Position numbers and translations under genes: made by a program
Notes under the pieces: generated by a model
What the model was told of the DNA's origin: nothing
Seen by the model: only the letters and a program-made list of their open reading frames with translations
The model's database searches: none
From: an uncultured bacterium
GTDB taxonomy: Bacteria > Chloroflexota > Ktedonobacteria > Ktedonobacterales > JADMIN01
Direction of reading: 5' to 3'
Length of the DNA stretch: 64,000 nt
Assembly (NCBI GenBank): GCA_963733745.1
Contig: CAVTFE010000059.1
Location: 39,449 to 103,448, forward strand
Part shown: positions 32,040 through 43,147 of the stretch, one piece after another
Layout: each line of letters begins with the position of its first letter
How positions within the stretch are numbered: the stretch's first letter is position 1

Positions 32040-33203
32040 CTACGCCTTTTTCTTCTTGCCGGGCAGAATGCCCTCCAGCTTGCAGATGATGCCGAGCATC
32101 ACCTCGTCGGCCCCGCCGCCGATGGAGAGCAGCCGCGCGTCACGATAGGCGCGCGAGATCGGCGTCTCCTCCATGTAGCCCATGCCGCCATAATACTGCA
32201 AGCAGCTATCGGTCACCTCGCGCGCAAGCCTCCCCGCCTTCAGCTTCGCCATCGAGGCCTCGCGGGTGATGTCCTCGCCATCCACCATCTTCTCGACCGC
32301 TGCGTAGCAGAACTGCTTGACCATCGCGATCTCGGTCAGCAGCTCGGCCATGCGGAAGTGGATCGCCTGGTTATCGATCAGCGGCTGGCCGAACGCGCAG
32401 CGCTGCTGGGTGTAGGCGATGGTGTCGCGCACGATGCGCTCCAGCGAGCTATAGGTCGTGATCGCGCCGACGAGGCGCTCGCGCTGGAACTGCTGCATCT
32501 GCAGGATGAAGCCCATGCCCTCCTGCCCGATGGTGTTTGCTTTGGGAACGCGCACGTTGTCGAGCATCAGCTCGGCGGTGTCGCTGGAGTGGTTGCCGAG
32601 CTTGCGCAGCTTGCGGCTGACGCTGAATCCTGGCGTGTTCGTTGGCACGATGATGAGCGACATGCCACGGAAGCCGCCCTCATCGCTGGTGCGCGCGAGC
32701 AGGCAGACCCAATCGGCCTGCGTGCCGTTGGTGATGTAGAGCTTGCGCCCGTTGATGACCCACTCGTCGCCATCGGATTCGGCGCGCGTGCGGATCGAGG
32801 CGACATCCGAGCCGGCGTCTGGCTCCGTCACACCGATGCAGCCGACCATCTCGCCGCGAATGGCAGGCGCGAGGAACTGCTGCTTCAACTCGTCGGAGCC
32901 GAAGTGCGCCAGCGCGGGCGTACACATGTCGGTATGCACGGTAATGCCCATCGGGACGCCGGAGGCGTTGGCCTTGCCCAGCTCCTCGCAGAGGATAGTT
33001 GTGTACCAGAAGTCCAGCCCCTGTCCGCCGTATTCTTCGGGATAGGTCAGGCCGAGCATGCCGAGATCGCCCATCTTCTTGAAGAGCTCGTGCGCGGGGA
33101 AGATGCCCGCCTCCTCCCACTCGTCGACGTGCGGGTTGATCTCCTCCTCGACGAAGCGCCGCACCGTCTGGCGGAACATCTCATGCTCTTGCGTGAACTT
33201 CAT
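32040..33203 (-). CDS. Acyl-CoA dehydrogenase (citronellyl-CoA dehydrogenase AtuD-like)
   Basis: TEPDAGSDV, NGRKLYITNG, FQRERL, CLQYYGGMGYM, IGGGADE. Confidence 0.93.
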   Translation of the reverse strand: MKFTQEHEMFRQTVRRFVEEEINPHVDEWEEAGIFPAHELFKKMGDLGMLGLTYPEEYGGQGLDFWYTTILCEELGKANASGVPMGITVHTDMCTPALAHFGSDELKQQFLAPAIRGEMVGCIGVTEPDAGSDVASIRTRAESDGDEWVINGRKLYITNGTQADWVCLLARTSDEGGFRGMSLIIVPTNTPGFSVSRKLRKLGNHSSDTAELMLDNVRVPKANTIGQEGMGFILQMQQFQRERLVGAITTYSSLERIVRDTIAYTQQRCAFGQPLIDNQAIHFRMAELLTEIAMVKQFCYAAVEKMVDGEDITREASMAKLKAGRLAREVTDSCLQYYGGMGYMEETPISRAYRDARLLSIGGGADEVMLGIICKLEGILPGKKKKA

Positions 33204-33320
33204 GGCGTGGCTCCTTTGCTCACGTGCGGCGTGGCGCGCATTTTCAGCGCGGTGGCGATGTCAGCATCATGCTACCGCACAGGAGCCATGGCATGATATG
33301 TAGCCAGTTGCGGGGCCTAG

Positions 33321-34236
33321 TCAGACGAGGATCTGGGCGGCCAGCTCACAGACGTGCTCGACCTTGCTCCAGTCGTAGTTCTTCTGGCGCGAGTAGACGC
33401 TGATGATGTAGGTTTCGCCGCTCGTCACGACGATGCCGGAGGAGCTTTGATACCAGAGGTCGTCTGGCCCGGTGACCCAACCATCCTTCATGTACACCTT
33501 CGCGCCCGCCGGCGCCTTGGTCCCCACGCCCCAGCGGCCAAGATCAACCCGGCCCAGCAGATCGAGCGCGAGCGCACGGTCGTCGGCGTTGAGCGTCTGT
33601 CCCGTCTGCAGCAGCATGAGCATGCGCACCATCGCGTTGGCCGAAAGCTGCGCATAGCCCCAGTCACGCTCTGACGTGGACGGCGCGACGTATCCGGTGA
33701 TACCCAATTTCTGGAGATACGCTTTCTGCCCCGTCACGCGACCAAGTTTGTCGAAGAGGTATTGCGCCGCGTTGTTATCCGACTGCGTAATCATCGCCGT
33801 CATCTCCGCGCGCTCTGTCGCGTTCGGCCCGCGCCCCTGCTGTTCGAGCATGTCCAGATAGGCGCAGAGGATGTAGACCTTCGACGAGCTGGCGAGGATA
33901 AAACTGGCGTCGCCGTTATAGGTGTACTGCCGCTTGCGCGTGAGGTCATAGACGGTGATGCCCATCGCGTTGCCCTGCTGACTCGCGTAGGCCGCCAGCT
34001 CTGGCGAGAGCGCCTCCAGGCCCTGAGGGCCAGATGGTGTAGCCGTCGGCGCAGGGGTGGCCGTATGCGCTGGCGTCGGCGTCTGCTTGCCGCTTGTCGC
34101 CGAGGACGGCCCGCAAGCGACAAGCGCTCCCAGCAGCAAGAGGATAAATAACGTGGGCAGCGAGCCACGCCAGAATTTCCTGAGCAGCGTAAGCGTACGG
34201 GAAGGGCTTCGGATGGTGTGAGGTTGTCGTTGTCAT
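33321..34236 (-). CDS. Serine hydrolase lipoprotein of the class A beta-lactamase/PBP fold
   Basis: Lipobox LVAC; SSSK, SDN and KDG motifs; probable 5' frameshift. Confidence 0.82.
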
Positions 34237-34349
34237 TGATCCAATCACAAAGAACACGATGAGACAGCCTCTGTAAGGCAAGTGCGACACCGGCGATCTG
34301 TCACAACTGGTGGCCCAGGGTATTGTTCCTTCAGGATACCAGCCCGTGT

Positions 34350-34868
34350 CTACTGACGCCGCGACGAGATGACGCCGGTGTTCAGTCCGTACCAGCGCAT
34401 GCGGCCCAGATAGCGCGCGTGCTCCACCTTCATGCAACGATCCATCACCACGTCCAGCCCACCAGCCTGCGCGATGGCCGCGCCCTCGGGACTGATGACC
34501 TCGAACTGGAGCCAGAGCGTCTTCGCGCCGATCTTCACCGCCTCCTCCGCGATGGCTGGAACCGCATCCGGACGGCGAAAAACGTCCACCACGTCCACCA
34601 GGAAGGGAATCGCGCTTAGCGAGGGATAGCACTTCTCGCCGAGAATCTCCTGCTCCTTCGGGTTAACCGGGACAATACGATAGCCGTGCCGCTGGAGGTA
34701 GTAGCCGACGAAGTAGCTCGCCCGTAGCGGATTCGGCGAGAGGCCGACGATAGCAACGGTTCTGCTGCCTAGCAGCGTGCGCCGGATCACCTGTGGATTC
34801 TGGTACTCGGCGATATCCGGCCCTTTGGCTTGCTGCGCCTTCCTGCCGTTCGGGCTATCCACGCTCAT
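34350..34868 (-). CDS. CoA-binding protein (YccU-like)
   Basis: VAIVGLS..P.RAS, PVNP, VDVFR, LWLQ, VMDRC. Confidence 0.9.
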   Translation of the reverse strand: MSVDSPNGRKAQQAKGPDIAEYQNPQVIRRTLLGSRTVAIVGLSPNPLRASYFVGYYLQRHGYRIVPVNPKEQEILGEKCYPSLSAIPFLVDVVDVFRRPDAVPAIAEEAVKIGAKTLWLQFEVISPEGAAIAQAGGLDVVMDRCMKVEHARYLGRMRWYGLNTGVISSRRQ

Positions 34869-36257
34869 GCGCGCGCCTCGACTTCCTCAGCCTCGCCGGA
34901 TTTCCGCGCCTGCGTGTCGAGACCTGCCTTCACGGCGCGCAGTCCCTTTTCCAGGTCCCACAGCAAGTCGTCCAGCGATTCCAGCCCCACTGAGAGGCGG
35001 ACCGTGCCTGGTGTCACGCCAGTAGCTGGCAGTTCCTCGTCGCTGAGTTGGCGGTGTGTCGTGCTCGCGGGATGGATCACCAAGCTCTTCGTATCGCCAA
35101 CATTGGCGAGATGCGTCCAGAGCGTCAACGCTTCGATGAAGCGCTGTCCCGCCGCGCGTCCACCCTTGAGGTCCACCGCGAAGACGGCGCCCGGCCCCTT
35201 GGGCAGATAGCGTTTCGCCCGCTCGTGGTACGGGCTATCGGGCAGGCCAGCGTAACGAACGCGCTCGACCATCGGGTGCTCAGACAGAAAGCGCGCCACA
35301 CCTAGCGCGTTGCTCACGTGCCGCTCCATGCGCAGTGGCAGTGTCTCCAGCCCCAAGCAGGTAGAGGAAGGCGTTGAAGGGACTGAGCGCGGCTCCGAGG
35401 TCGCGCAGCGTCTCGGCGCGCAACTTCATCAGATAGCCGTAGAGGCCGAACGTCTCATGGAACTCTAGCCCGTGATACTCGGCGGATGGCGCGGCGATGG
35501 TCGCGTAGCGTCCATTCGACCAGTTGAACTTGCCCGCGTCTATGACGATCCCGCCGATGCTCGTGCCGTGGCCATCGATGTACTTGGTCGCCGAGTGCAA
35601 CACGATGTCCGCGCCCCACTCGATCGGGCGGCACAGATACGGCGAGGCGAAGGTATTGTCGATCACCAGCGGCGCGCCATGCTCGTGCGCGATCTCCGCC
35701 ACCGCCGCAATGTCGAGGATATTGCCGCCGGGATTGCCGATCGTCTCGGCGAAGAGCGCCTTCGTCTCTGGTCGCAGCGCCGCGCGCCAGGCATCCAGGT
35801 CGTCGGGGTCCACCAGCGTCACGTCGAGCGAGAGCTTGGCGAAGGTGATCTTGAGCTGAGTGATCGTGCCGCCATAGATCGAACGCGAGGCGACGATGTG
35901 ATCGCCCGGCGAGAGCATCGTGAAGAACGCGCCGACCTGCGCCGCCATGCCGCTGGCGAAGGCCACCGCGCCGACGCCGCCCTCCAGATTGGCGACGCGC
36001 TCCTCGAACGCCGCGACTGTCGGGTTCATGATGCGCGAGTAGATGTTGCCGTACTCCTGGAGGTTGAAGTACGCAGCCGCGCTCTCGGTATCCTCGAAGG
36101 CGAAGGCCGAGCTTTGATAGAGCGGCGTCACGCTTGCCCCCGTGTATGGATCGGGGCGATGCCCGGCGTGGATGGCTCGCGTCTCGAAGCCAAACTGCCG
36201 CAGTGCGTCATCGCTGCTTACTGAACTCGCCGGACTCCCGCCATTCTCACTCGCCAT
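34865..36257 (-). CDS. metY: O-acetylhomoserine aminocarboxypropyltransferase (frameshifted)
   Basis: GNIYSRIMNPT, IDNTFASP, HSATKYIDGHG, ANVGDTKSLVIHPASTTH. Confidence 0.9.
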
Positions 36258-36457
36258 CTCGCTGACCCCTCATGTTGTACTTGTCCAGACCGTCTGAATT
36301 CTAGGGAAACGGGCGAGACAGGTCTCGCATCCGCAATAAATCGCCTATCCTCTGTAGAGGATGACGGATTTGGTAACACTCGCCGGTGATCAGCGCCACG
36401 CAAGCCGCAACTTCTCAGTTGGGAAGTGTAGCACAGCCCCAGGCGCCGTCCTCAAGC

Positions 36458-38222
36458 CTACCCCTTGCGCTCGTCATGTGTTGTCGCCGTATTGGCGACC
36501 AACTGTGGCGGAGGCAGCAGGTCAGCGAGCGGGCCAGCCTCCGCGCGCACGTACTTGTCGTAGGCGGCCAGCCGCGCGGCGCGTTCCTCGTCACTCCAGC
36601 CAAGCTCCTGCGCCATGAGCGCAGCTACCTCCGCCGCGACACCCAACCCGCGCGTACGATCCTCGACAGCAATGCGCAGGCGGCGGGAAAGCAGGTCCTC
36701 CAACATCAGCGCTATCTCCGCGCGGCAGGCATGGATGACTTCAGCGCGGAGATAGGGTAGATCGGAAATCAGGCGCTCGCCCAGGGATGGCTCTGCGGCA
36801 ATCAGGTCCAGGATTTCCAGCGCATCGTCGCCGTAGGCGTGAACAAGGTGCTCGGCGACCGTCGCGTCCAGACGCGCCTCAGCTGCGCGCTGGAAGAAGC
36901 GCTCACGGGACTCCGGCCAGCGAGTCGCGCCCTGAAGTCTTAACGTACTCGTCGCCGCTGGTTGGCTTTTGCCCTCGCGCGCTTCCAGATGATCCACCAC
37001 ATCCTCGGCCATTTGGCGGTACGAGGTCAGCTTGCCACCGGCGACCGTCACCAGCCCATCCTCGCGCTCGACGACTTCGTGCGCGCGCGAGAGCTTGCCC
37101 GTCGCCTTATGCTTTTTCAATTGCAGCAGCGGGCGATAGCCCGCATACGTCGAGACGATATCAGCAATGGAGACCGGCTCGCGCAGGTAGCGGTTAAGGT
37201 GCTTGAGCAGGTACGCGATATCATCCTGCCCAGCGATGGGTAGGGAATCCAGAGATGTTTCGGTATCGGTGGCGCCGACGAGCGCGCGCGAGAGCCACGG
37301 GACGACAAAGATAATGCGACCGTCGTCGGTCTCCGGTAGCACAATCGCCTCGTCGCCCAGACCCAGCCGCTCGCGCGTGAAGACGAGGTGCGCGCCCTTG
37401 CTCGGCGCGATATGCAGATGCGACTCGCCGCCGGAGAGATGGTCGTTCGCCTCGGCCCAGACGCCGGTGGCGTTGACCACGTGCCGCGCGCGAATCAGGC
37501 GCTCGGTTCCGATCGCCGTCTAGCGTGTCACGCACATATGCGCCAGTGATGCGCCCGTCCTCGCTGGCGTAGCGCATGACTTCGACGTAGTTTGCGACCA
37601 GCGCGCTATGCGCCGCCGCTGTGCGCAGCACCGCCACCGTCAATCGCGCATCGTCGGTCAGGCCATCATAGTAGAGGAAGCCGCTCTTGACGCCCTTTTC
37701 GATCAGTCCTGGCATCCGGCTGACTGTCTCCGCGCGCGAGAGCCGCCGATGCGGCGCGATGCTCCGTTTCCCCGCAAGCCGGTCATACAGCCACAGTCCA
37801 ATGTCGAGGATCATCGTCAGGCCGATGCCATAGGGCGGCGCGACCGGCAGGCCCACCGGCTTGCGCGAGGAGTCGTAGAGCGGCAGCAGGAAGGCCAGCG
37901 GACGCGCGAGGTGTGGCGCATTGCGCAGCAACCGACCGCGCTCATGCAGCCCCTCGCTCACCAGGGCAATGTCGAATTGCGGCAGGTAGCGGATGCCGCC
38001 GTGGAGCAGTTTGGTCGAGCGGCTGCTGGTCCCGCTGGCGAAGTCGGCGCGCTCGACCAGCCCCACGCGATAGCCGCGCGTCACCGCGTCCAGGGCGACG
38101 CCCGCGCCGGTGATCCCGCCGCCGATCACCAGCACGTCAAGCGGCTCATGCGCCATCGCCTCCAGGTGCGTGCGCCGCGTCTGCGCGTTCAGATGCGCAT
38201 CACCCCGCGCATTGGCGTCCAT
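36458..38222 (-). CDS. glpD: FAD-dependent glycerol-3-phosphate dehydrogenase (frameshifted)
   Basis: IGGGITGAG, DFASGTSSRSTKLLHGGIRYL, NATGVWA, GGKLTSYRQMAE. Confidence 0.92.
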
Positions 38223-38486
38223 TTCCTGCTCCCTGGCATATTGTCAGCCTCATCTCACATCCTTGTGAAAGCGGTTGTTCTCTCATGATACATCGTAGCG
38301 GATCACGGCTTATCAGGACAGCATGACCGCTCTAGTGGGCTGCGGTGATATACTCGATTGCCCGAACGGTTGACCTGTTCGGCGTGTCACATCCCCCTGC
38401 TCTCGAAGGATTCGCATGACCTCGCAGCATACCGCCGATCCAGCCACCCGCGCGCATTCTCTTTCGGGCTGCCTGAAAGGCCACCG

Positions 38487-39796
38487 ATGGAAGAGATTAT
38501 CGGTCGCTATCACGCGCGCATCGAGCGACTGGATGCGGCGGGCCTGGCGCACGGCGAGATCGTCACGACAATCGTCGCGCCTGACTGGAGCGTTGCGGAG
38601 GCGCGCGGAATTGAACCGCCTGCGCCGCTAGCGTATATCGCCGTCGTCGGAGCACTGCCTGGTGAGGTGATCGAGGTCGAGGCGCGCTGGCGGTTGCCCT
38701 GGCCGGGTCGCGACGCAAACGGATCAAGCCGCCCACGTTGCGCGTCACGCGTGTGATCGAGGCGGCGCCTGAGCGCGTTGCGGCGCCCTGTCCCGTCTTC
38801 GGCGTCTGCGGTGGCTGCCAGTTGCAGCACATGCATTACACCACGCAACTTGCCTGGAAGACTGAACGCATGCGCTCACTGCTCGTCGAGGCCGGTTTCG
38901 CCCACGCTCGGTGCAGGATGCGATTGGCTGCGATCCGCCATGGAATTACCGCAACCACATGCGCTTCTCGGTGGATCGCGCTGGCCACGTAGGGTTGACG
39001 GCGCGCGGGACCTCGCGCGTGCTGCCGCTGACTCGGTGCGACATCGCCTCCGAACGCATCAACGACGCGCTGGCCATCCTCGCGCGCCACGAACTGCCAC
39101 GACCGCAGGCGCTCGTGCGCTACGGCGCCAGCACAGGACAGATGTTGCTCCAGCCTGCGCCGTCAGAGGAGTTGCGCGAGGAACTGAGACACTCGGCGTT
39201 GAGTTGCGCGACGAGGAATTCGAGGAGGAGCTGGCAGGACACCGTTTTCGCATCCGCCCCAGCTCGTTCTTCCAGACGAACACCGCACAGGCGAACGTCA
39301 TGGCGCGTCTCGCGCTGGAGGCGTTACCATCAGGCGCAGGCATGACGCTGGTAGACGCCTACTGCGGCGTGGGAACCTTCGCGCGACTGATGGCTGGGCG
39401 CGCCGCGCGTGTTCTCGCCATCGAGGAGTCAGACAGCGCCATCCGCGACGCGCGCGCGAATCTGGCTGACGCGCCGAACGTCGAGATCATGCAAGGGCAA
39501 GGTCGAGGAAATGCTGCCGAAGCATGAGCGAGCGGCTGGACGGGCTGGTGATCGATCCGCCGCGCGCTGGATGCCAGCGTCCCGTTCTCGACGCCCTGAT
39601 CGCCCGGCGCGTCCCGCGCGTCGTCTACATCTCCTGCGGGCCGGAAAGCCTGGCGCGCGACCTGGCGATTCTCTGCCTGGAGTCAGGCGCATACCGCCTC
39701 GTCTTGCTCCAGCCGCTGGACATGTTCCCGCAGACCGCGCACATCGAGAATATCGCCGTTCTGGAAGCCGTGGAGGCGATGCATGACCGATTCTGA
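38487..39796 (+). CDS. rlmD: 23S rRNA m5U methyltransferase RlmD/RumA family (several frameshifts)
   Basis: CPVFGVCGGCQLQH, YRN, SFFQTN, DAYCGVG, DPPRAG, YISC, DMFPQT. Confidence 0.88.
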
Positions 39797-40481
39797 CACA
39801 CTCTATCTCGCCTCGACCTCGCCGCGACGCCGCCAGTTGCTCGCCGAGGCGGGAATTGCTTTCGAGTTGTTCGCCGTCTCGGTGGACGAGGAGGCGCTGA
39901 CTGAGGCGTATCAAGGACCGCTCAACCGGCTGGGCGAATATCTGGCGCGCGCAGAAAGCGCTGGCGACATATGCCGCGCTCCAGGCGGCAGGCAAGCCGG
40001 GACGCGCGCTCGCGGCGGATACGACGGTCCTGCTGGGGGAGACGCATCTGGCCAAGCCAGCCGACTTCGACGAAGGCCGCCAGATGTTGCGCATGTTGCG
40101 CGGACGCGAGCACTCGTCGCCAGTGGCGTTGCGCTGGCTCGGGCCGGAGCCAGGGCGCATCGCCTCGGCCACCGCGATTACGCGCGTGCTGATGCGCGAC
40201 TATACCGACGACGAGATCGAGGCGTACGTCCTGACCGGCGACTCGCTGGATAAGGCAGGCGGATACACGATTCTCTCCACCACCTTCGCGCCGGTGGAGC
40301 GCATCTACGGGTGCTATCCGAGCGTGGCGGGATTGCCACTGTGCCTGGTGGATATGCTCCTTGGCTACACACGCGAGCCGATGGGCGAGACGTGTCCCTG
40401 GTCGGACCATTGCCGGCCGCCGCTGCCCGTCCCCGCCGACATCCATCCGGCGAGACGGATGAGTTCGAGCGCGAGGCGTAG
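39783..40481 (+). CDS. maf: Maf nucleotide pyrophosphatase (frameshifted; end approximate)
   Basis: LYLASTSPRRRQLL, AADTTV...KP, DKAGGY, GLP. Confidence 0.88.
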
Positions 40482-40486
40482 AGATC

Positions 40487-41469
40487 ATGCGCCGCGGACG
40501 CTACGCGCCCTCGCCCACTGGCGTCCTGCATCTTGGCAACCTGCGCACGGCGCTGCTGGCCTGGCTCTTTGCCCGCTCTTCTGGTCGCAACTTCACCTTG
40601 CGCGTCGAGGACCTTGATCGTCCGCGCGTGCGGCCAGGAGCGACAGCGCGTATACTCGCCGACCTGCGCTGGTTGGGGCTGGACTGGGATGAAGGGCCGG
40701 ATGTGGGTGGTCCACTCGGCCCCTATTTCCAGAGCCAGCGCGAGGCTCTCTACGCCGCTGCGTTCGCCCAGCTGCGCGACGCTGGCCTTGTCTATCCATG
40801 CTACTGCGCGCGATCAGAACTGGCGCGGATCGCCAGCGCTCCGCAGCAGGATGGACAGGGCGAGAACGCACCGCGCTATCCAGGAACCTGCCGCGACCTG
40901 ACGCCCGCCCAACGCGCCGAGCGCGAGACGGCGGGAAGGCGTCCCTCGTGCCGCTTTCGCGCGCCGGGGCGAATCATTACCTTCACCGACGTACTGCATG
41001 GTGAGGTCAGTCGAGAACGTCGGCGGCGACGGTCGGCGATTTCATCGTGCGGCGCAGCGACGGTGTCTTCGCGTATCAGCTCGCCGTCGTAGTGGACGAC
41101 GCGCTGATGGGCGTGGATCAGATCGTGCGCGGCGATGATCTGCTCGGCTCGACAGCGCGGCAACTGGCGCTCTACGACGCGCTGGGCTATCCGAGACCCA
41201 CCGAGTGCGCCCATGTCCCACTTGCGCTGGATGCGATCGGAGCGCGTCTGGCGAAACGTGAGGCTGCGGCAGGGCTGGATGCGCTTAGAGCGGCTGGCAG
41301 GACGGCTGAGGAGATCGTAGGCGCGCTCGCGGCGAGTTGTGGACTCTGGCCGGAGGCAACGCCCGCAACGCCTGCGCAAGTTCTGAGCGGTGTCCGATCT
41401 GGCGAAGTTCACGCGAGAGCCATCGGCAATCGTACTGTGAGATCAGGTCGCGATTGCTTGCCAGAATGA
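40487..41469 (+). CDS. gluQ: Glutamyl-Q tRNA(Asp) synthetase (frameshifted)
   Basis: GRYAPSPTG.LHLGN, LRVEDLD, CYC...YPGTCR, YQLAVVVDD, RGDDL, RLAKR; no anticodon-binding domain. Confidence 0.9.
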
Positions 41470-41498
41470 GACACGCGCTTATACAATAGCCGCGCGGA

Positions 41499-41591
41499 CC
41501 TCCCCCAACCCCTCCCCTGCGAGAGTAGGGGAGCTTGACAACGGCAGAAAGTATGGTTCACCCTGCTTAAGGAGGAGGGTTCGGGTTAGGT
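41499..41591. repeat. REP-like/BoxC-like palindromic element
   Basis: CCTCCCCCAACCCCTCCCC...GGGGAG...GGAGGAGGGTTCGGGTTAGG; same family as 44621-44731. Confidence 0.6.
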
Positions 41592-41599
41592 TTGATCGT

Positions 41600-42859
41600 T
41601 CTACGCTCTGCTGATGGCGCTCGATAGCGCGCTAACTGCGCTGTAGCAGGATGCGCTTACCATCCCGGTGGCGACGCGTTAGCGTTCCTGCGCGATGGCA
41701 AACTCTACACCATCCAGCCAGGACGGCGCGAACCTTCATCAGATCGCTGGTGATAGCATCGTGAGTTATAGCTGGTCGCCCAGCCGCCAACAACTCGTCT
41801 ACCATATGGCGTCGCCTTTCCCCTCCAATCGCGGCCAGTCGCCGCTCGAGAACACGCCAGATCTGAGCGGCAATCTCTCCGTCGTCGAGCGTCAACGGCG
41901 GCTCGACGCTCCCAATCACCCCCGACGCCTCATCGCTCGTACGGAGCGACGCCTGGTGGAACGCCGACGGGAACCGGCTGCTCTATGCCGAGCGCTTTCC
42001 CACGACGGACGGGCTGGACAGCGCGACCGAGTACGTCGTCTCGCAGGCCGATCAGCCTGTCGGCATCGCCAGTAAGTCCGTCTCCGACGCAGCGGCGTTG
42101 CCCACTCTCTCAGCAGATGGCGCGCAGATAGCGCGGATCAACACGAAGGGTGATCTCCTCGTCGGCGCGCCGGGAACGAGCGGCAAGTCTGTGGCCAGCG
42201 GCGTGTTGCGCCAACTGCCCGATACCTCGCGCGCGGGACGCGTCCTTTGGCGGCCACGGACAGATGACCTGCTCTATGCGGTGACGGCTGAGAACAACGC
42301 GGTTCAGTTCATCCTGCGCTCGGGAAGCGGCGCGACACGCTCGCTCGGAATCGTGAACGGATTGCTCGACGCATGCTTCTCGCCCGATGGCGCGTGGCTG
42401 CTCATCCGCACGACGGAGCGCTTCGCTGTCTGGGATGTTCGCTCGCCTGGCAACGAGCGCTATGAGTGGGCGAATTCCGATCAGACCGCGATTCCCTACT
42501 GGTCGCCAGACAGTCAGCGTCTGCTCGTCTTCGACGCGGCTGGCGCGACACTGGTGGATCTGGAGAAGAAGACGACATCACGCGCGCTTGACTATGCTCA
42601 GCCCTATCAGGCACGGCAGGGCGCGCCACATTGGCGTCCGGCTCCGGGCGGTCCCTGGAGCCCCGATAGCGGGAGCGTTGCCTTCGTGGCTGCGGCAGGG
42701 GATAGCTGGAACGAGACGCAACTCACGACGGCTGGGCTGTATGTCGCCAGCGTCAGCGCGTCTGGACCCGGAAACGCGCGCCTCATTGACAGCGAGGCAG
42801 ATGAGGCGCCACTCTGGAGCTATCTCGACCCATCGGCCAGCTTTCTCCTGCCATCCTGA
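41600..42859 (+). CDS. TolB/PD40-like beta-propeller lipoprotein (frameshifted; start approximate)
   Basis: VAGC lipobox in one frame; repeated WSPS/WSPD/FSPDG motifs. Confidence 0.7.
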
Positions 42860-42860
42860 C

Positions 42861-43145
42861 ATGAGCGACCGTGACCACGCGAGAAAGGGCGAGTATGAAC
42901 TCGAAGAACCGAAGAACTCGAATCGCAACGACAACGAGCCTGCCTCCCATCATCCCGCCAGGACGACGAGGAGATTGGATGAGCAAGAGGACACGGCCTT
43001 CGATCCCGCCGAATATGACTCCCTCCTACAACTGGAGCGGCTGGAGAGCCTGGAAGAGGACATGATCGAGCTGGGCGTGACGACGCTGGACGAGGTGCGT
43101 GAGCGCATCGCCGCGCTCCACCGCGAGGTGGACGCAGAAGAATAA
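42861..43145 (+). CDS. Small acidic hypothetical protein
   Basis: MSDRD...LERLESLEEDMIELGVTTLDEVRERIAALH. Confidence 0.6.
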   Translation: MSDRDHARKGEYELEEPKNSNRNDNEPASHHPARTTRRLDEQEDTAFDPAEYDSLLQLERLESLEEDMIELGVTTLDEVRERIAALHREVDAEE

Positions 43146-43147
43146 CC

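Noticed and set aside
31482-33296. Long antisense ORFs (604 aa here; also 14843-16279 and 45491-46492)
   Set aside because: Shadow ORFs opposite well-supported genes in high-GC DNA.
33321-34236. Bona fide class A beta-lactamase resistance gene
   Set aside because: KDG instead of KTG and no recognisable omega-loop Glu; more likely a PBP-like serine hydrolase.
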